A DNA stretch of 64,000 nucleotides. It comes from Bdellovibrionota bacterium. GTDB lineage: Bacteria > Bdellovibrionota_G > JALEGL01 > JAGRMV01. A program made the translations under genes and the position numbers. The notes below the pieces were generated by a model that was given only the letters and a program-made list of their open reading frames with translations, had not been told where the DNA came from and did no database searches. The stretch lies in assembly GCA_041391405.1 (NCBI GenBank), contig JAWKOB010000005.1, positions 6,297 to 70,296 on the forward strand, written 5' to 3'. This document shows positions 21,136 to 31,522 of the stretch, one piece after another (positions within the stretch are counted from its first letter, which is position 1; every line of letters begins with the position of its first letter).

Positions 21136-22120
21136 CCTTGTTTATCATTTCGACAAAGGCATCGTCATCAATGAACCATCTGTGGTTGCCATTTCCGATG
21201 ATCCCAACGACACCAACGAAGAAAAAAAAGTTCTAGCCATCGGACATAAAGCCAAAAACATGATCGGCAAAGCTCCACCGAATATTCGCGTGGTTCGTCC
21301 AATCAAAGATGGCGTGATCGCGGATTTCTCTGTGACCGAAGCGATGCTCAAACACTTCATCGGACAAGTCATCGAAAAAAAAGCTTTCATACGTCCACGT
21401 ATCATCATCTGCGTTCCTTCGGGTGTGACTGAAGTTGAACGCCGTGCAGTTGAAGAATCAGCGCTCTCTGCTGGCGCACGCGAAGTGCATCTCGTTGAAG
21501 AACCGATTGCTGCGGCGATCGGAGCCAACATGCCAATCACCGATCCATCCGGCAACATGGTCGTGGATATCGGCGGTGGAACAACCGAAGTAGCCGTCAT
21601 TTCCCTCTCGGGCATCGTGATTTCCAAGTCCTTGCGCATGGCAGGCGACCAGATGGATGAAGCCATCGTCAATCACATGAAGAAAAAATATTCTCTACTC
21701 ATCGGTGAGGCAACCGCTGAGCAAATTAAAAAAGCTTACGGCGAAGCCTATCCAACCGAAAGCAATGAAGTGATTCCTGTCAAAGGTCGTGATTTGATCC
21801 GCGGCGTTCCAAGAACAGTTCAAATCAAATCTTCTGAAATTCGTGAAGCACTTCAAGAGCCGATCCGAGCGATTGTCGATACAATCAAAAGCACACTTGA
21901 AAAAACTCCACCGGAACTCGCAGCGGACATCCATGACCGCGGAATTGTTTTGACTGGCGGTGTCGCTCAATTGAAAAACTTGGATCACTTGATCAAGAAG
22001 GAAACGGATCTTCCGGTTCAGATCGCGGAAGAACCTTTGCTGAGTGTAGTTCTTGGAACAGGCAAAATTCTCAAAGAATTCGACACCTACAAAAATCTTC
22101 TCGTCAAAAAATACTACTAG
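21071..22120 (+). CDS. mreB: Rod-shape determining actin homologue MreB
   Basis: DLAIDLGTANTLVY, VVDIGGGTTEVAVISL and GIVLTGGVAQLKNLD. 349 aa. Confidence 0.95.
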   Translation: MLRKYFPFFFSDLAIDLGTANTLVYHFDKGIVINEPSVVAISDDPNDTNEEKKVLAIGHKAKNMIGKAPPNIRVVRPIKDGVIADFSVTEAMLKHFIGQVIEKKAFIRPRIIICVPSGVTEVERRAVEESALSAGAREVHLVEEPIAAAIGANMPITDPSGNMVVDIGGGTTEVAVISLSGIVISKSLRMAGDQMDEAIVNHMKKKYSLLIGEATAEQIKKAYGEAYPTESNEVIPVKGRDLIRGVPRTVQIKSSEIREALQEPIRAIVDTIKSTLEKTPPELAADIHDRGIVLTGGVAQLKNLDHLIKKETDLPVQIAEEPLLSVVLGTGKILKEFDTYKNLLVKKYY

Positions 22121-23532
22121 GCTTCTAGCTGAGCGATTAGCTTGCGGGGGTTGTTCTGGAAGTCTCCATTGGACATGAACAACACAACATCACCCTTTTG
22201 AACCAAACTCATCAAGGTTGGAATGATTTCCTGGGTTTCAAGGTAACGAGCTGATTTTCCATCAGCCTTGAGTTGATTCACCACGTCTTGAGGATCGAGC
22301 ATTTCATCACTGGAGAGCGAATCGGCTTTCTTGAATACATTGGCCATAACGATCTCATCGGCTTTCATAAAACTTTTCGGCAGTACATCCTGAAAAACTT
22401 TTCGGCGAACCGTATTGGAACGTGGCTCGAACAACGCCCAGAGCTTTCCTCCACGTGCACGTGCCATCGGGACAAAAGCCTCGATGGTTTCGGCAATCGC
22501 CGTGGGATGATGGGCGAAGTCCTCATACACAACGACATCATTCACTTCACCAATGCGCTCTTGACGTTTTTTCACGCCTTTGAATTTCGTGATGGCCTCG
22601 ATCATTTGATCCAATGGCAAACCTAAATTTTCACCCATGCACAGACAGGCCACAACATTGAGCACATTGTGCTTGCCCATAAGCGGAGCTTCAATGCTTT
22701 TGACGAATTCGGATTTGCGATAAATATCGAACACCATGCCTTTGCCAGTGTTGCGAAGATTTTGAGCATTAAAATCATGCTCCTTGGCAAATCCATAATA
22801 TTTCACTTTGGAATATTTGCTGGAGATTTTTTTAACCAGTGCGCTTTCGCCACAAGCGACCAGTGAACCGTCGCTTGGAATGATCGCAACGAGTTTTTCA
22901 AACTGCTCGATGACATGATCCAAATCACGATAGATATCTGCGTGATCGAACTCCACGCTGGTCATGACCACATGTTGCGCACCATAATGAAGGAATTTGG
23001 GCGTCTTTTCCCAGAATGCCGTGTCGTACTCGTCGCCCTCAAGCACAAACTCATTTCCGGCACCGACACGGAAACCTTGTCCAAAATTGAGTGGAACACC
23101 ACCGACAAAATAACCTGGTTTGCGACCGCAATAATCCAAAATCCACGTCATCAGTGATGTTGTCGTGGTTTTACCGTGTGTTCCGCTGATGACCACGCGA
23201 CGGTGGCCTTGTAGAAAATATTTTTCAAGTGCCTGCGGCATCGAAACATACGGAATGTCAGATTTAAGAAGTTCCTGCGCTTCAAGATTTGGACGAGAAA
23301 TCACGTTACCGACCACAACCAGATCTGGTTTTGGATGAAGGTTTTTTGCATCATAGCCTTCGAACACTTTGATACCAAGTCGTTCAAGCGTGGTGGAAGC
23401 CGGTGGATAGATTTTTCCGTCGGTGCCCTGCACATTCCAGCCAATTTCCTTGAACATACCCGCAAGGCAAGCCATTGCCGATCCACCAATACCCATCAAA
23501 TGCACAGTTTTCATTTGAAACACGTCTCCCAA
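22117..23532 (-). CDS. mpl: UDP-N-acetylmuramate:L-Ala-gamma-D-Glu-meso-DAP ligase (start may be ATG at 23514)
   Basis: MKTVHLMGIGGSAMACLAGMF, VISGTHGKTTTTS and LEGDEYDTAFWEKTPKFLHY match the Mur-ligase fold with Mpl-type blocks. Confidence 0.9.
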   Translation of the reverse strand: MGDVFQMKTVHLMGIGGSAMACLAGMFKEIGWNVQGTDGKIYPPASTTLERLGIKVFEGYDAKNLHPKPDLVVVGNVISRPNLEAQELLKSDIPYVSMPQALEKYFLQGHRRVVISGTHGKTTTTSLMTWILDYCGRKPGYFVGGVPLNFGQGFRVGAGNEFVLEGDEYDTAFWEKTPKFLHYGAQHVVMTSVEFDHADIYRDLDHVIEQFEKLVAIIPSDGSLVACGESALVKKISSKYSKVKYYGFAKEHDFNAQNLRNTGKGMVFDIYRKSEFVKSIEAPLMGKHNVLNVVACLCMGENLGLPLDQMIEAITKFKGVKKRQERIGEVNDVVVYEDFAHHPTAIAETIEAFVPMARARGGKLWALFEPRSNTVRRKVFQDVLPKSFMKADEIVMANVFKKADSLSSDEMLDPQDVVNQLKADGKSARYLETQEIIPTLMSLVQKGDVVLFMSNGDFQNNPRKLIAQLEA

Positions 23533-24587
23533 ACACTTTGGTGGACCTCACGACGAAATGCATTCATCGCGCCCACTCGTTTTTTAAATTCCTCTTCGTT
23601 TCCTTTTCCAAATCCCATGATCACACGATTGGTCAACAGCGAAACAATGCGTTTTTTTTCCAAGTCCACCCATATGGATGTGCCCGTGAACCCGAGGTGT
23701 CCAATCGATTTTTTCGAGATGGCACCAGCTGTGGAATTGGCTGATGGAATATCCCAGCCCAATGCTCTATCATGTCCAACGTACGGATCAATGAATCGTC
23801 GCATGGTTTGCTCCTGGAATCTTCTTTTTTTGCCGAAATAATCATCCATCCAGATGGATCCAAATTTCACCACATCCTCGATGCTGGAGAAAAGACCGGC
23901 ATGTCCACAGAGTTTACCCAGATATAGCGCATCGGGATCGTGAACTTCTCCCCGTTTGAGTTCCATGTCCGAAGCCACAACGATATCCTGATCGCTGATC
24001 TGAGCGGTGGTTTTGGTTGTAGTGAATCCCATTGACTCTTGAAGCTTTTTCCAAGAATCTTCTGAAGATTCTCCTGCAACATTAGAAAGAATTTCTGCAA
24101 GAAGAATAAAACCTGGATCACTATAAATCATTTTTTGAGGAGCAGCCGCGATGCTGCTTTTGGAAATCGCGCTCACAATGCGGTTTGAAATTGATTTGTA
24201 ATCGTTTGGTTTTTGATGAAGATTTGGATCAGCAACGGCAAATCTCAGGCCCGGTCGGAAACGAGCGTGATGGAGCATCAATTGCTCGATGGTGTAATTC
24301 GCATAAAAACTATTGGGTATCCATTTGCCGAGTTTGTCATCGAGTTTGAATTTTTCTTTTTCGAACAAATCGGCTGCAAGGTTGGTGGTGAACATCACCT
24401 TGGTGATGGATGCGATATCAAACAGAGATTTTGAATCGATTTCCTGAGCATTTGCATCAAGTGAAACTTTACCCACAGTGTGAAATTCAGGTTTTTCACC
24501 AAAGGATTGAATGCCGATCGCACACGCAGAAAACATTTTCTCATCCAGATACTTTTGAATGATTTTTTTTACGTCCGCGCTAATCAT
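23511..24587 (-). CDS. Serine hydrolase of the beta-lactamase/PBP4-like family
   Basis: SxxK motif (DIASITKV). 358 aa. It sits between mpl and ldcA with overlapping stops and starts. Confidence 0.8.
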   Translation of the reverse strand: MISADVKKIIQKYLDEKMFSACAIGIQSFGEKPEFHTVGKVSLDANAQEIDSKSLFDIASITKVMFTTNLAADLFEKEKFKLDDKLGKWIPNSFYANYTIEQLMLHHARFRPGLRFAVADPNLHQKPNDYKSISNRIVSAISKSSIAAAPQKMIYSDPGFILLAEILSNVAGESSEDSWKKLQESMGFTTTKTTAQISDQDIVVASDMELKRGEVHDPDALYLGKLCGHAGLFSSIEDVVKFGSIWMDDYFGKKRRFQEQTMRRFIDPYVGHDRALGWDIPSANSTAGAISKKSIGHLGFTGTSIWVDLEKKRIVSLLTNRVIMGFGKGNEEEFKKRVGAMNAFRREVHQSVWETCFK

Positions 24588-25513
24588 ACAATCGAATCGA
24601 TTTCCAAAGTTTTCCCCCGATTTTTTATTGAAATGCCACCGCCAATGGGGAGAACGACATCGCCGTGTCGATGACCGGCTTTGACTTTGGCGAGCACTGG
24701 AATCTTTGAGGGGACATATCTCTGAACAATACGCTGAAGAAACTCAATGGAATGTTCATTGTTTTCTCTGTCGGTAAAATCTCCGAGAATCAGCCCTTTG
24801 ATCTCTTTCAGGTGACCGGTCAGATACAAATGCGCAAAAATCCGGTCGATTCGATATTCCATTTCGTTGGTATCTTCCAGGAACAAAATTCCATTTTTCC
24901 AGGAATTTTCGAATGGAGTGCCAAAGGTAGTCTGCAGCATGGACAAGTTTCCACCCCACAATTTTCCTAAAGCATTGCCCGGCTGAAGGACTTGATAATC
25001 CCCTTCTTTCAAAACCTGCTTACCTTTTTTTTCCAATCGATCGAAAATTTTATTTTTATCCTGATCTGGCATCGAACGAAACATCTCACTGGTGATGATT
25101 GGCGCATGTACGGTCACCAAATGATTCTTGCGAGCCAGCTGATTCAGAATGAACGTATGGTCACTCATACCCATCACGATCTTGGGATGGCTGACTTTGA
25201 AATTTTTGATCGGAAACTGAAACATACGTGCCGCGCCAAAGCCTCCGCGAAGAAGAAAAATTCCGTCGATTTCCGGATCTTTCAGATAGTCGGTCAGCTC
25301 CGCCAATCTGCGCTGATCACTTCCAGCAAGGTAATGTTCACGGGCAAACACTTCGTCCTGATAGGTGATACGATAGCCGCGGCTTGTCAAATAGGCCAAG
25401 GCCACATCAAAATGTTCACGACGAAAGTGGCTTGAAGGCGCCGCCAGAGCGATATGGGACCCCCTCTTCAAGGGTCTGGATTTGAGCATGCGTTGCGAGT
25501 TCGACTTCATCAT
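24584..25513 (-). CDS. ldcA: LD-carboxypeptidase (muramoyl-tetrapeptide carboxypeptidase, S66)
   Basis: LKRGSHIALAAPSS, LAGSDQRRLAELTDYL, IFLLRGGFGAARM and a C-terminal GHRHGDVVLPIG block. Confidence 0.85.
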   Translation of the reverse strand: MMKSNSQRMLKSRPLKRGSHIALAAPSSHFRREHFDVALAYLTSRGYRITYQDEVFAREHYLAGSDQRRLAELTDYLKDPEIDGIFLLRGGFGAARMFQFPIKNFKVSHPKIVMGMSDHTFILNQLARKNHLVTVHAPIITSEMFRSMPDQDKNKIFDRLEKKGKQVLKEGDYQVLQPGNALGKLWGGNLSMLQTTFGTPFENSWKNGILFLEDTNEMEYRIDRIFAHLYLTGHLKEIKGLILGDFTDRENNEHSIEFLQRIVQRYVPSKIPVLAKVKAGHRHGDVVLPIGGGISIKNRGKTLEIDSIV

Positions 25514-25553
25514 GTTTAGTGGTATAAATTATACCGAGAATCAATAACTTATC

Positions 25554-27092
25554 ATGAAAATTCTAGGGAAAAACGTGGTCGGATTCGTGGATTATGGGCG
25601 CAAGCGCATCATTGAATCGATCTTGAGCAGCCCCGATGCCCAAACTATTTTCACCGAACTCCAGGAGAAAAAAAATCAATCTCCGGATGCTTCAAGAAAA
25701 AAGGCCCGGGAAATCCTCCTTGAACTCTCTTCCAATTACAACAGTGGAACGTTGAAGCTTTGTTACTGGATCGTTCGTGCGTTGAAAAAACTCATGTTCA
25801 AAAACACGCTGACGTACGGCGATGAACTCCAGACGATTCACGATCTGACATCCCAAGGCAAAATCATCTTCTATCTTCCAAATCACAAAAGCCACATGGA
25901 TTATCTTTTGCTTTCCTACATTCTGTTCAATCACGGAATCGCCCCACCCCACATCGCTGCTGGTGTGAATTTATCCTTCTTTCCGGTTGGGTGGCTTTTT
26001 CGAAATACGGGTGCTTACTTCATTCGCAGAAAAATCGCGGGCAATTTTCTCTACACTAAATTTTTGCAGCTTTATTTTGACTGGATGCTCAAGGAAAAAA
26101 TTTCCCAGGAATTCTACATGGAGGGCGGACGTTCACGTGACGGCAAGATTCGGGAAGCGCAATCCGGAATTTTCACACTTTTTGTCGAGCGAATTTTGGC
26201 TCGCGGCCTCGCATCGGAAATTTACATGGTGCCAACCGCGATCACGTACGATCGACTCCCTGAGATGAGAGGCATTCTCAGCGAACTTCAAGGCGGCGAG
26301 AAAGAAAAGGAAAGCGCTTTTTCACTTCTGGGGTCACTTTCGATTCTCTGGACCAAACATGAAAATGTTCATGTCCAATTCGGAAAACCAATTCAACTGT
26401 CTTCCGTTCTTCAAGGAGAATTCACAAAACAAAAATTTCAAGAACTCTCCAATGAAGTATTCAGCCGCGTTCAACAGCAAAAAACCACGACCGTCTCCAG
26501 CCTGATCGCGCTCATACTTCTGACAACACGAACCTTTCTGGATGAGAAAAATGTTCAGAACCGAATGGATTGGCTGATGAATTTTCTCAAACCATGCCGA
26601 CAATGCATCTCGGAAGAACTCGCCAACATCCATAAAGACTGGGGAAATATTCTGCAACGCTATGAAAAACTCGGCTGGTTCGAGCAACGAAGCCAATCTC
26701 TGCATGTTGAAAAATCGAAACGTCTGGAAATGAACTACTACAAAAACGACCTTCTACCCGCTCTTCTCCCATTTTTTGGATTCATGGGTGAGCGAACGCA
26801 AAACATTTTAAAGCACGAGTTTCCTTACGCATCGACTCAAGGATGGTCTTACCGAATGGAGGATACCGATCGTGAGTTTTTGTCGAGCACCATCGAACCT
26901 TTGATTTTCTTGTACGACGAAGTTGAAAAACTGATTCAAACTGATGGAATTCAAAACATCATGAACAAAGAAGTGCAGCGTACAATGCTTACCAAACTCA
27001 AAATGAACGAAAAATTCCACTACTCAGAAATGCTGAATACGGAAGCACTAAAGTCCGCATGCGCTTACTTTCACACCAATAAATTAAACTAA
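25554..27092 (+). CDS. PlsB-like glycerol-3-phosphate acyltransferase (short form, 512 aa)
   Basis: Acyltransferase block I NHKSHMDYLLLSYIL (HxxxxD), FRNTGAYFIRR and YMEGGRSRDGK. Confidence 0.75.
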   Translation: MKILGKNVVGFVDYGRKRIIESILSSPDAQTIFTELQEKKNQSPDASRKKAREILLELSSNYNSGTLKLCYWIVRALKKLMFKNTLTYGDELQTIHDLTSQGKIIFYLPNHKSHMDYLLLSYILFNHGIAPPHIAAGVNLSFFPVGWLFRNTGAYFIRRKIAGNFLYTKFLQLYFDWMLKEKISQEFYMEGGRSRDGKIREAQSGIFTLFVERILARGLASEIYMVPTAITYDRLPEMRGILSELQGGEKEKESAFSLLGSLSILWTKHENVHVQFGKPIQLSSVLQGEFTKQKFQELSNEVFSRVQQQKTTTVSSLIALILLTTRTFLDEKNVQNRMDWLMNFLKPCRQCISEELANIHKDWGNILQRYEKLGWFEQRSQSLHVEKSKRLEMNYYKNDLLPALLPFFGFMGERTQNILKHEFPYASTQGWSYRMEDTDREFLSSTIEPLIFLYDEVEKLIQTDGIQNIMNKEVQRTMLTKLKMNEKFHYSEMLNTEALKSACAYFHTNKLN

Positions 27093-27359
27093 GAATTCGA
27101 CGCCGATTCCGGTGTTATCTACGTCTTCTTTTTCATCGCCGGAAATGCTCAAGTGAACCACGCGCGCTCTTTTTTCAATGGGCTGTGGTGCTTCCATGTG
27201 AAGTGTGATTTCCGTTCCCGGAGTCAAAATGTAATGGGTTGATATGAAAGCGCCGCTTTGACTGATGTCGCGCGTTTTGGAATAAATGGAAAAATCTTCG
27301 CCCTCGAAACATACAAGAACCTTCTGGGCTGTTCGCTCTTCTTTACGTTTGTTCGACAT
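27084..27359 (-). CDS. Small PilZ-domain protein (ATG 27359 inside ORF 27084..27431)
   Basis: KRKEER (RxxxR) and DISQSG (DxSxxG). About 91 aa. Confidence 0.8.
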   Translation of the reverse strand: MSNKRKEERTAQKVLVCFEGEDFSIYSKTRDISQSGAFISTHYILTPGTEITLHMEAPQPIEKRARVVHLSISGDEKEDVDNTGIGVEFLV

Positions 27360-27571
27360 ATTCTTTCTCCTGCAATCGACCATAGCAAAACGCCGAATGC
27401 GCATACAAGCCTTTTGTAGAGCAGTTTCCATGCCACCCTAACTTATCAAAACCAAAGGGATTTTTTGTTGGCTGTGACAAGGGTTCTGGGGCATAATGAA
27501 AAAATCCGGGACAAGGTTCGGCCAGCCATCTCCCTTGTGCTACGAACAAAAGTCCCTAATATTAGAGAGAT

Positions 27572-28279
27572 ATGTCATCTAAAGAGCAACGCAGATTTCC
27601 CAAACGATACGCGACACAAATTCCCGTAGAGTTCTTGGACAAAACAAAAGCGAAGGGAACGCTGATCAATCTGTCGCGCGATGGAATTTTGATCGTTGCC
27701 AAAAAACTCAAACCCATCAATTCCTTCGTCCGTATTTTGGTGTATGTCCCGGGAGTGGCCAGAGGCGTTGAAATCAACGGCAAGGTTGTCCGCCATACGA
27801 CGGTAAGAGAAGAAAATGCCATGGGCATTCGCTTTCTGGAAATGAATGCGGCTGATCGCGATGTTTGGATGAAACACATCTCATCTCTGACCCAAAGCTC
27901 TTTTTCCCTGGCGCTCATGGAACAGTCGATCATGGATGAAAAAAGCATCAACATTGAACCGTTTGATGGCAAAGAATCCCAATTCATCGTCAAATTCAAA
28001 TCCGTCACCCGCATGGAAGACTTCTTCCCCCAAGATTGGAAAAGTGAAGACTTCTTCATTCGAACCAACATCAAAAAAAATCCCGGCGACAAGGTCATCA
28101 TCAAATTGATCCACCCTGTCACCAATGAAGAGCTCAAACTCAATGTTTTGGTTCGTAAACATGGTCGTCACCCACTCAAGGTGCACAAAGAAGGTTTGTT
28201 CTTCAATATCATCGGCTACAATTCCAAGATCGAGGCCAAAATCCGCAAATTTTTGCAGATCGAAGCCTACGAAAACTAA
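27572..28279 (+). CDS. PilZ-domain protein with additional C-terminal beta-rich domain
   Basis: RRFPKR and NLSRDG motifs at the N-terminus. 235 aa. Confidence 0.75.
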   Translation: MSSKEQRRFPKRYATQIPVEFLDKTKAKGTLINLSRDGILIVAKKLKPINSFVRILVYVPGVARGVEINGKVVRHTTVREENAMGIRFLEMNAADRDVWMKHISSLTQSSFSLALMEQSIMDEKSINIEPFDGKESQFIVKFKSVTRMEDFFPQDWKSEDFFIRTNIKKNPGDKVIIKLIHPVTNEELKLNVLVRKHGRHPLKVHKEGLFFNIIGYNSKIEAKIRKFLQIEAYEN

Positions 28280-28380
28280 TCGTAACTCATTGATATTATT
28301 CAATCTGAACCTTCTAACAAGGCTGCGTCAAACAAAGTCCTTTACCCAGGTGGACCTGTCGGCTAGGTTTCAATCTCTTC

Positions 28381-29337
28381 ATGGAAACACCTGTTCTCAA
28401 AACGCAATCCAGCTTGAATTTTTTGCTGGTTGAACATGACCTCGGCGCGCCCACCAATGGTGCTGCTCAGGGCCCACAGGCTGTGCTTGCTCACTTGTTC
28501 GCCAAGATTCCGCAGGCCCAAACGCAGGCAGTCTCCACCATCACCCAAACCACCACACCTCCCAAAGAACAAACTCCACATGCCAAAAGTCTGGAACAAA
28601 CGTTGGAGACGTGCAAATCCCTTCGCGATGCCGTCAGCAAAAGCCTGAAGAAAAAAAATTTCACCATAGTCCTTTCTGGAGATCACAGCACAGCCATCGG
28701 AACCATCGCTGGCATCAAAACAGCATTTCCTTCACTGGAAATCGGTATTGTGTGGTTTGACGCTCACACAGACATTCATTCCCCCTACACAACCCACTCC
28801 GGCAATTTGCATGGCATGCCGCTGTCGGCTGCAACTCAACTCGACAACACCGCCGATCGCAGACAAGTCCCAACAGATCATGAGAAAAAACTTTGGAAAG
28901 AGATGAAAGGCTTGGCTCCAACCAAACCGATGGTTGAACTGGAAAACATCGTATTTGTCGGCATTCGCGACATGGAACAGGAAGAAAAAAATCTCGTCAA
29001 AGGTAGAGATTGTCTGATTTTGGATGCAGCGTATGTTAAGCATGAATCATCCAATGCTCTTGTCACAAAAATCAAACATCACCTTCGTCACTGCGATATC
29101 ATTTACATGAGCTTTGACATCGACTGTCTCGACAAATCCATCGTTCCAGGAACCGGAACACCGGTTGAAAACGGACCAGACGCCGAAAAAGTCCTGGATA
29201 TCGTATCTCAATTGTCGACATGGGAACGCGTGGTATGTTTTGAACTTTCCGAGGTTAATCCCACCCTGGATCCTTCTGGCAAAACCACAGAAGTCGCCAC
29301 CAACATCGCCCGCAACGCCCTGTCTTTCTTAAGTTAG
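28381..29337 (+). CDS. Arginase/agmatinase/formiminoglutamase family (ureohydrolase)
   Basis: Metal-ligand blocks GDHSTAIG, WFDAHTDIHSP and SFDIDCLD...PGTGTP. Confidence 0.85.
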   Translation: METPVLKTQSSLNFLLVEHDLGAPTNGAAQGPQAVLAHLFAKIPQAQTQAVSTITQTTTPPKEQTPHAKSLEQTLETCKSLRDAVSKSLKKKNFTIVLSGDHSTAIGTIAGIKTAFPSLEIGIVWFDAHTDIHSPYTTHSGNLHGMPLSAATQLDNTADRRQVPTDHEKKLWKEMKGLAPTKPMVELENIVFVGIRDMEQEEKNLVKGRDCLILDAAYVKHESSNALVTKIKHHLRHCDIIYMSFDIDCLDKSIVPGTGTPVENGPDAEKVLDIVSQLSTWERVVCFELSEVNPTLDPSGKTTEVATNIARNALSFLS

Positions 29338-29363
29338 ACTAAAAAATAAAGCGCAGTTTAAAT

Positions 29364-30703
29364 TCAAATCGCAGATCTGAATCTGATTTCTTCGATGATT
29401 GCGGCGGCGGCGAGGTGCCCGCTGAAGACTGCACTTTCAATCGTGCAAGGAAGACCCGTATCCGTCCAGTCTCCGGCAAAGTACAAGCCTTTGACTGGTG
29501 TGCGCGTTTTGAGTCTTGAGGAGGAGTTGGACAGCGGCGGTACCCAGGTGGCTTCAAGCTCACGAACCAATTTGGCGCGGGTGATTTTTACGGATTCAAA
29601 TCCAGGAATGGTACGGAGTTCGTCTTCCGCAACCTGAATCATTTTTTGTTTGTCATGCTCCTCGAAATGAACGGCACTGGAAGCAACGAGCGTCCAGTGT
29701 TTCGTATCTTCATGACCATACACACTGCTTTTTTGAAAGGCCCAGTGAAAGTTCGTTCCCCAAAATCCCATGTACGGAAAATCGACTTTTGGAAACTCTC
29801 CCCACACGTGCAAAGAAAGAATCGGAGAAGGTTTCAATTCGGAAGTTTTGAAAACAAGCTTTTGAACTGCCTCATGATTGAATTTGATTTTTTGCAAGGC
29901 TGATGGCGGAACGGTCACGACAACTCGACTGCATGGAATGGTTTCACCAGAGTGCAAGCGAACGCCCTGGACTTGATCGCCTTCGATCAAAACTTCATCC
30001 ACTCCCTCACGTGAGCGAACTTCCCCTCGATGCGCCTCAATGTAAACTTTGGCGGGATTGGCGTACATATCGCTCAATCCGACATTCGCCAAACCCACGC
30101 GGGAGTTTTCCCTGGATTTCAAAAATCCCTCTTGCAAAACAACTGCGAGCAAATTCGCCGGTGCCTGATCTGGATCGATGTTGAGCGTCGCCAAAATGAT
30201 CAAGTCCCAGAATTTTTCTCGTGAGGCCTTGAAAACCCCATCGATGTCAGCCATTGCGTACAACTCATGTTTCCCAGATTTTTTGCATTTCGTAGCGCTA
30301 GCGCAACCTTGAAAATTCGCAATCGATCCATCCAAGGAATGGCCGTGTATTTCAAAAATCCGAAAAGCAAATGAAACGGAGCGGGCACATTCCAAGTTCG
30401 CAAGTGATGAATGACTCGATCAGGCCCCACCATCGGTGTGCTGAATCCATCCTGGAATGGGAGTGCATGGGTCTGCCCAAGTCGTTCCAAAAATAAACGC
30501 GTTTCCTTGTAGCACCCGAGCAAAAGGTGCTGACCATTGTCCACGATTTCACCCGTTTGCGGATCAGGATAAGAACAAGCGCGTCCACCCAGCATATTGC
30601 GCTTTTCCAACACCAGCACATGCTGTCCTTCGTCGGACAAAGCTGTGGCACATGAAAGTCCTGCACATCCAGCACCTATGACAACGGTGTCAAAACTCAT
30701 CAA
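29364..30703 (-). pseudogene. hpnE: Hydroxysqualene dehydroxylase HpnE (FAD amine-oxidase fold), one frame break at a homopolymer
   Basis: FAD motif VVIGAGCAGLSCA...LEKRNMLGGRA and C-terminal GLYFAGDWTDTGLPCTIESAVFSG. The break is at the T5 run 30213-30217. One more base would give SRPHEKKFWDLIILATLN. Confidence 0.8.
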
Positions 30704-31522
30704 GCTCTCGGTTGGGAAAGAGCGATCCAGACTTTCTTGAATTTGCTGATGCTCACTTTTTTGGAAAACACATCAAAGTTTTTTTCACGGATCTTGTTGA
30801 AAATTTGGAAGTAGGTTTTGCGCATGACTTCCGCTGGCCAGATTTTTTTGATCGGAAGTTTTTTCGCTTCAATTTCTGCCTCGCGATAATACCCTTCGAT
30901 TGCATGAGCGAATCCATTGGCCATGTTCATGAAATCTTCATTGTATGTGGGAGATTCAAGATCTTGAGGTTTCAAGCCTGCTCCTGTCAGAAACGTATGC
31001 GGAATGTAGAGACGACCGCGTTTGGCATCGGATTCGATATCACGCAAAATGTTGGTGAGTTGAAGCGCTCGGCCAGTGGCAAACGCATACCTCTCAGCGT
31101 CTTTGCGTTCCACACCGAAAATATTCATACAACAGAGCCCTACGGCTGAAGCCACACCATCGCAGTACACCAGCAGTTCTTCCAAGGTTCTGTAATAGGT
31201 CGGACGAAGATCCTTCTCCACACCCTCCAAAATCCAAAGCAGATCGGATTTCAAAATTGGGAATTGTTGAACTGCCCATTCCAATTCCTGGGCAACCTGA
31301 ATCGGAAGCACGGAAGAAAAATGCGGCCATTTGGCCAGCGCACTTTTCCAGTGATTCAATTCAGCCTTGGCCTGATCAACCGTCGGCGATTCATCGACAA
31401 TATCGTCGACGATTCGGCAATAGGCGTAGATGGCCTCCATGGCCCGGCGTTGATCTTTTGGTAGCCCCAGAAAGGCCAACACGAAGTTGGATTTACTTTT
31501 TTAAAATCGAATTGGTATTCAT
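30700..31522 (-). CDS. hpnD: Presqualene diphosphate synthase HpnD (N-terminal 13 aa displaced by a homopolymer frame break)
   Basis: Squalene/phytoene synthase blocks YAYCRIVDDIVDE and NILRDIESD. ATG 31522 overlaps the hpnC stop (ATGA). The run at 31497-31502 breaks the frame before SKSNFVLAFLGLP. Confidence 0.85.
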
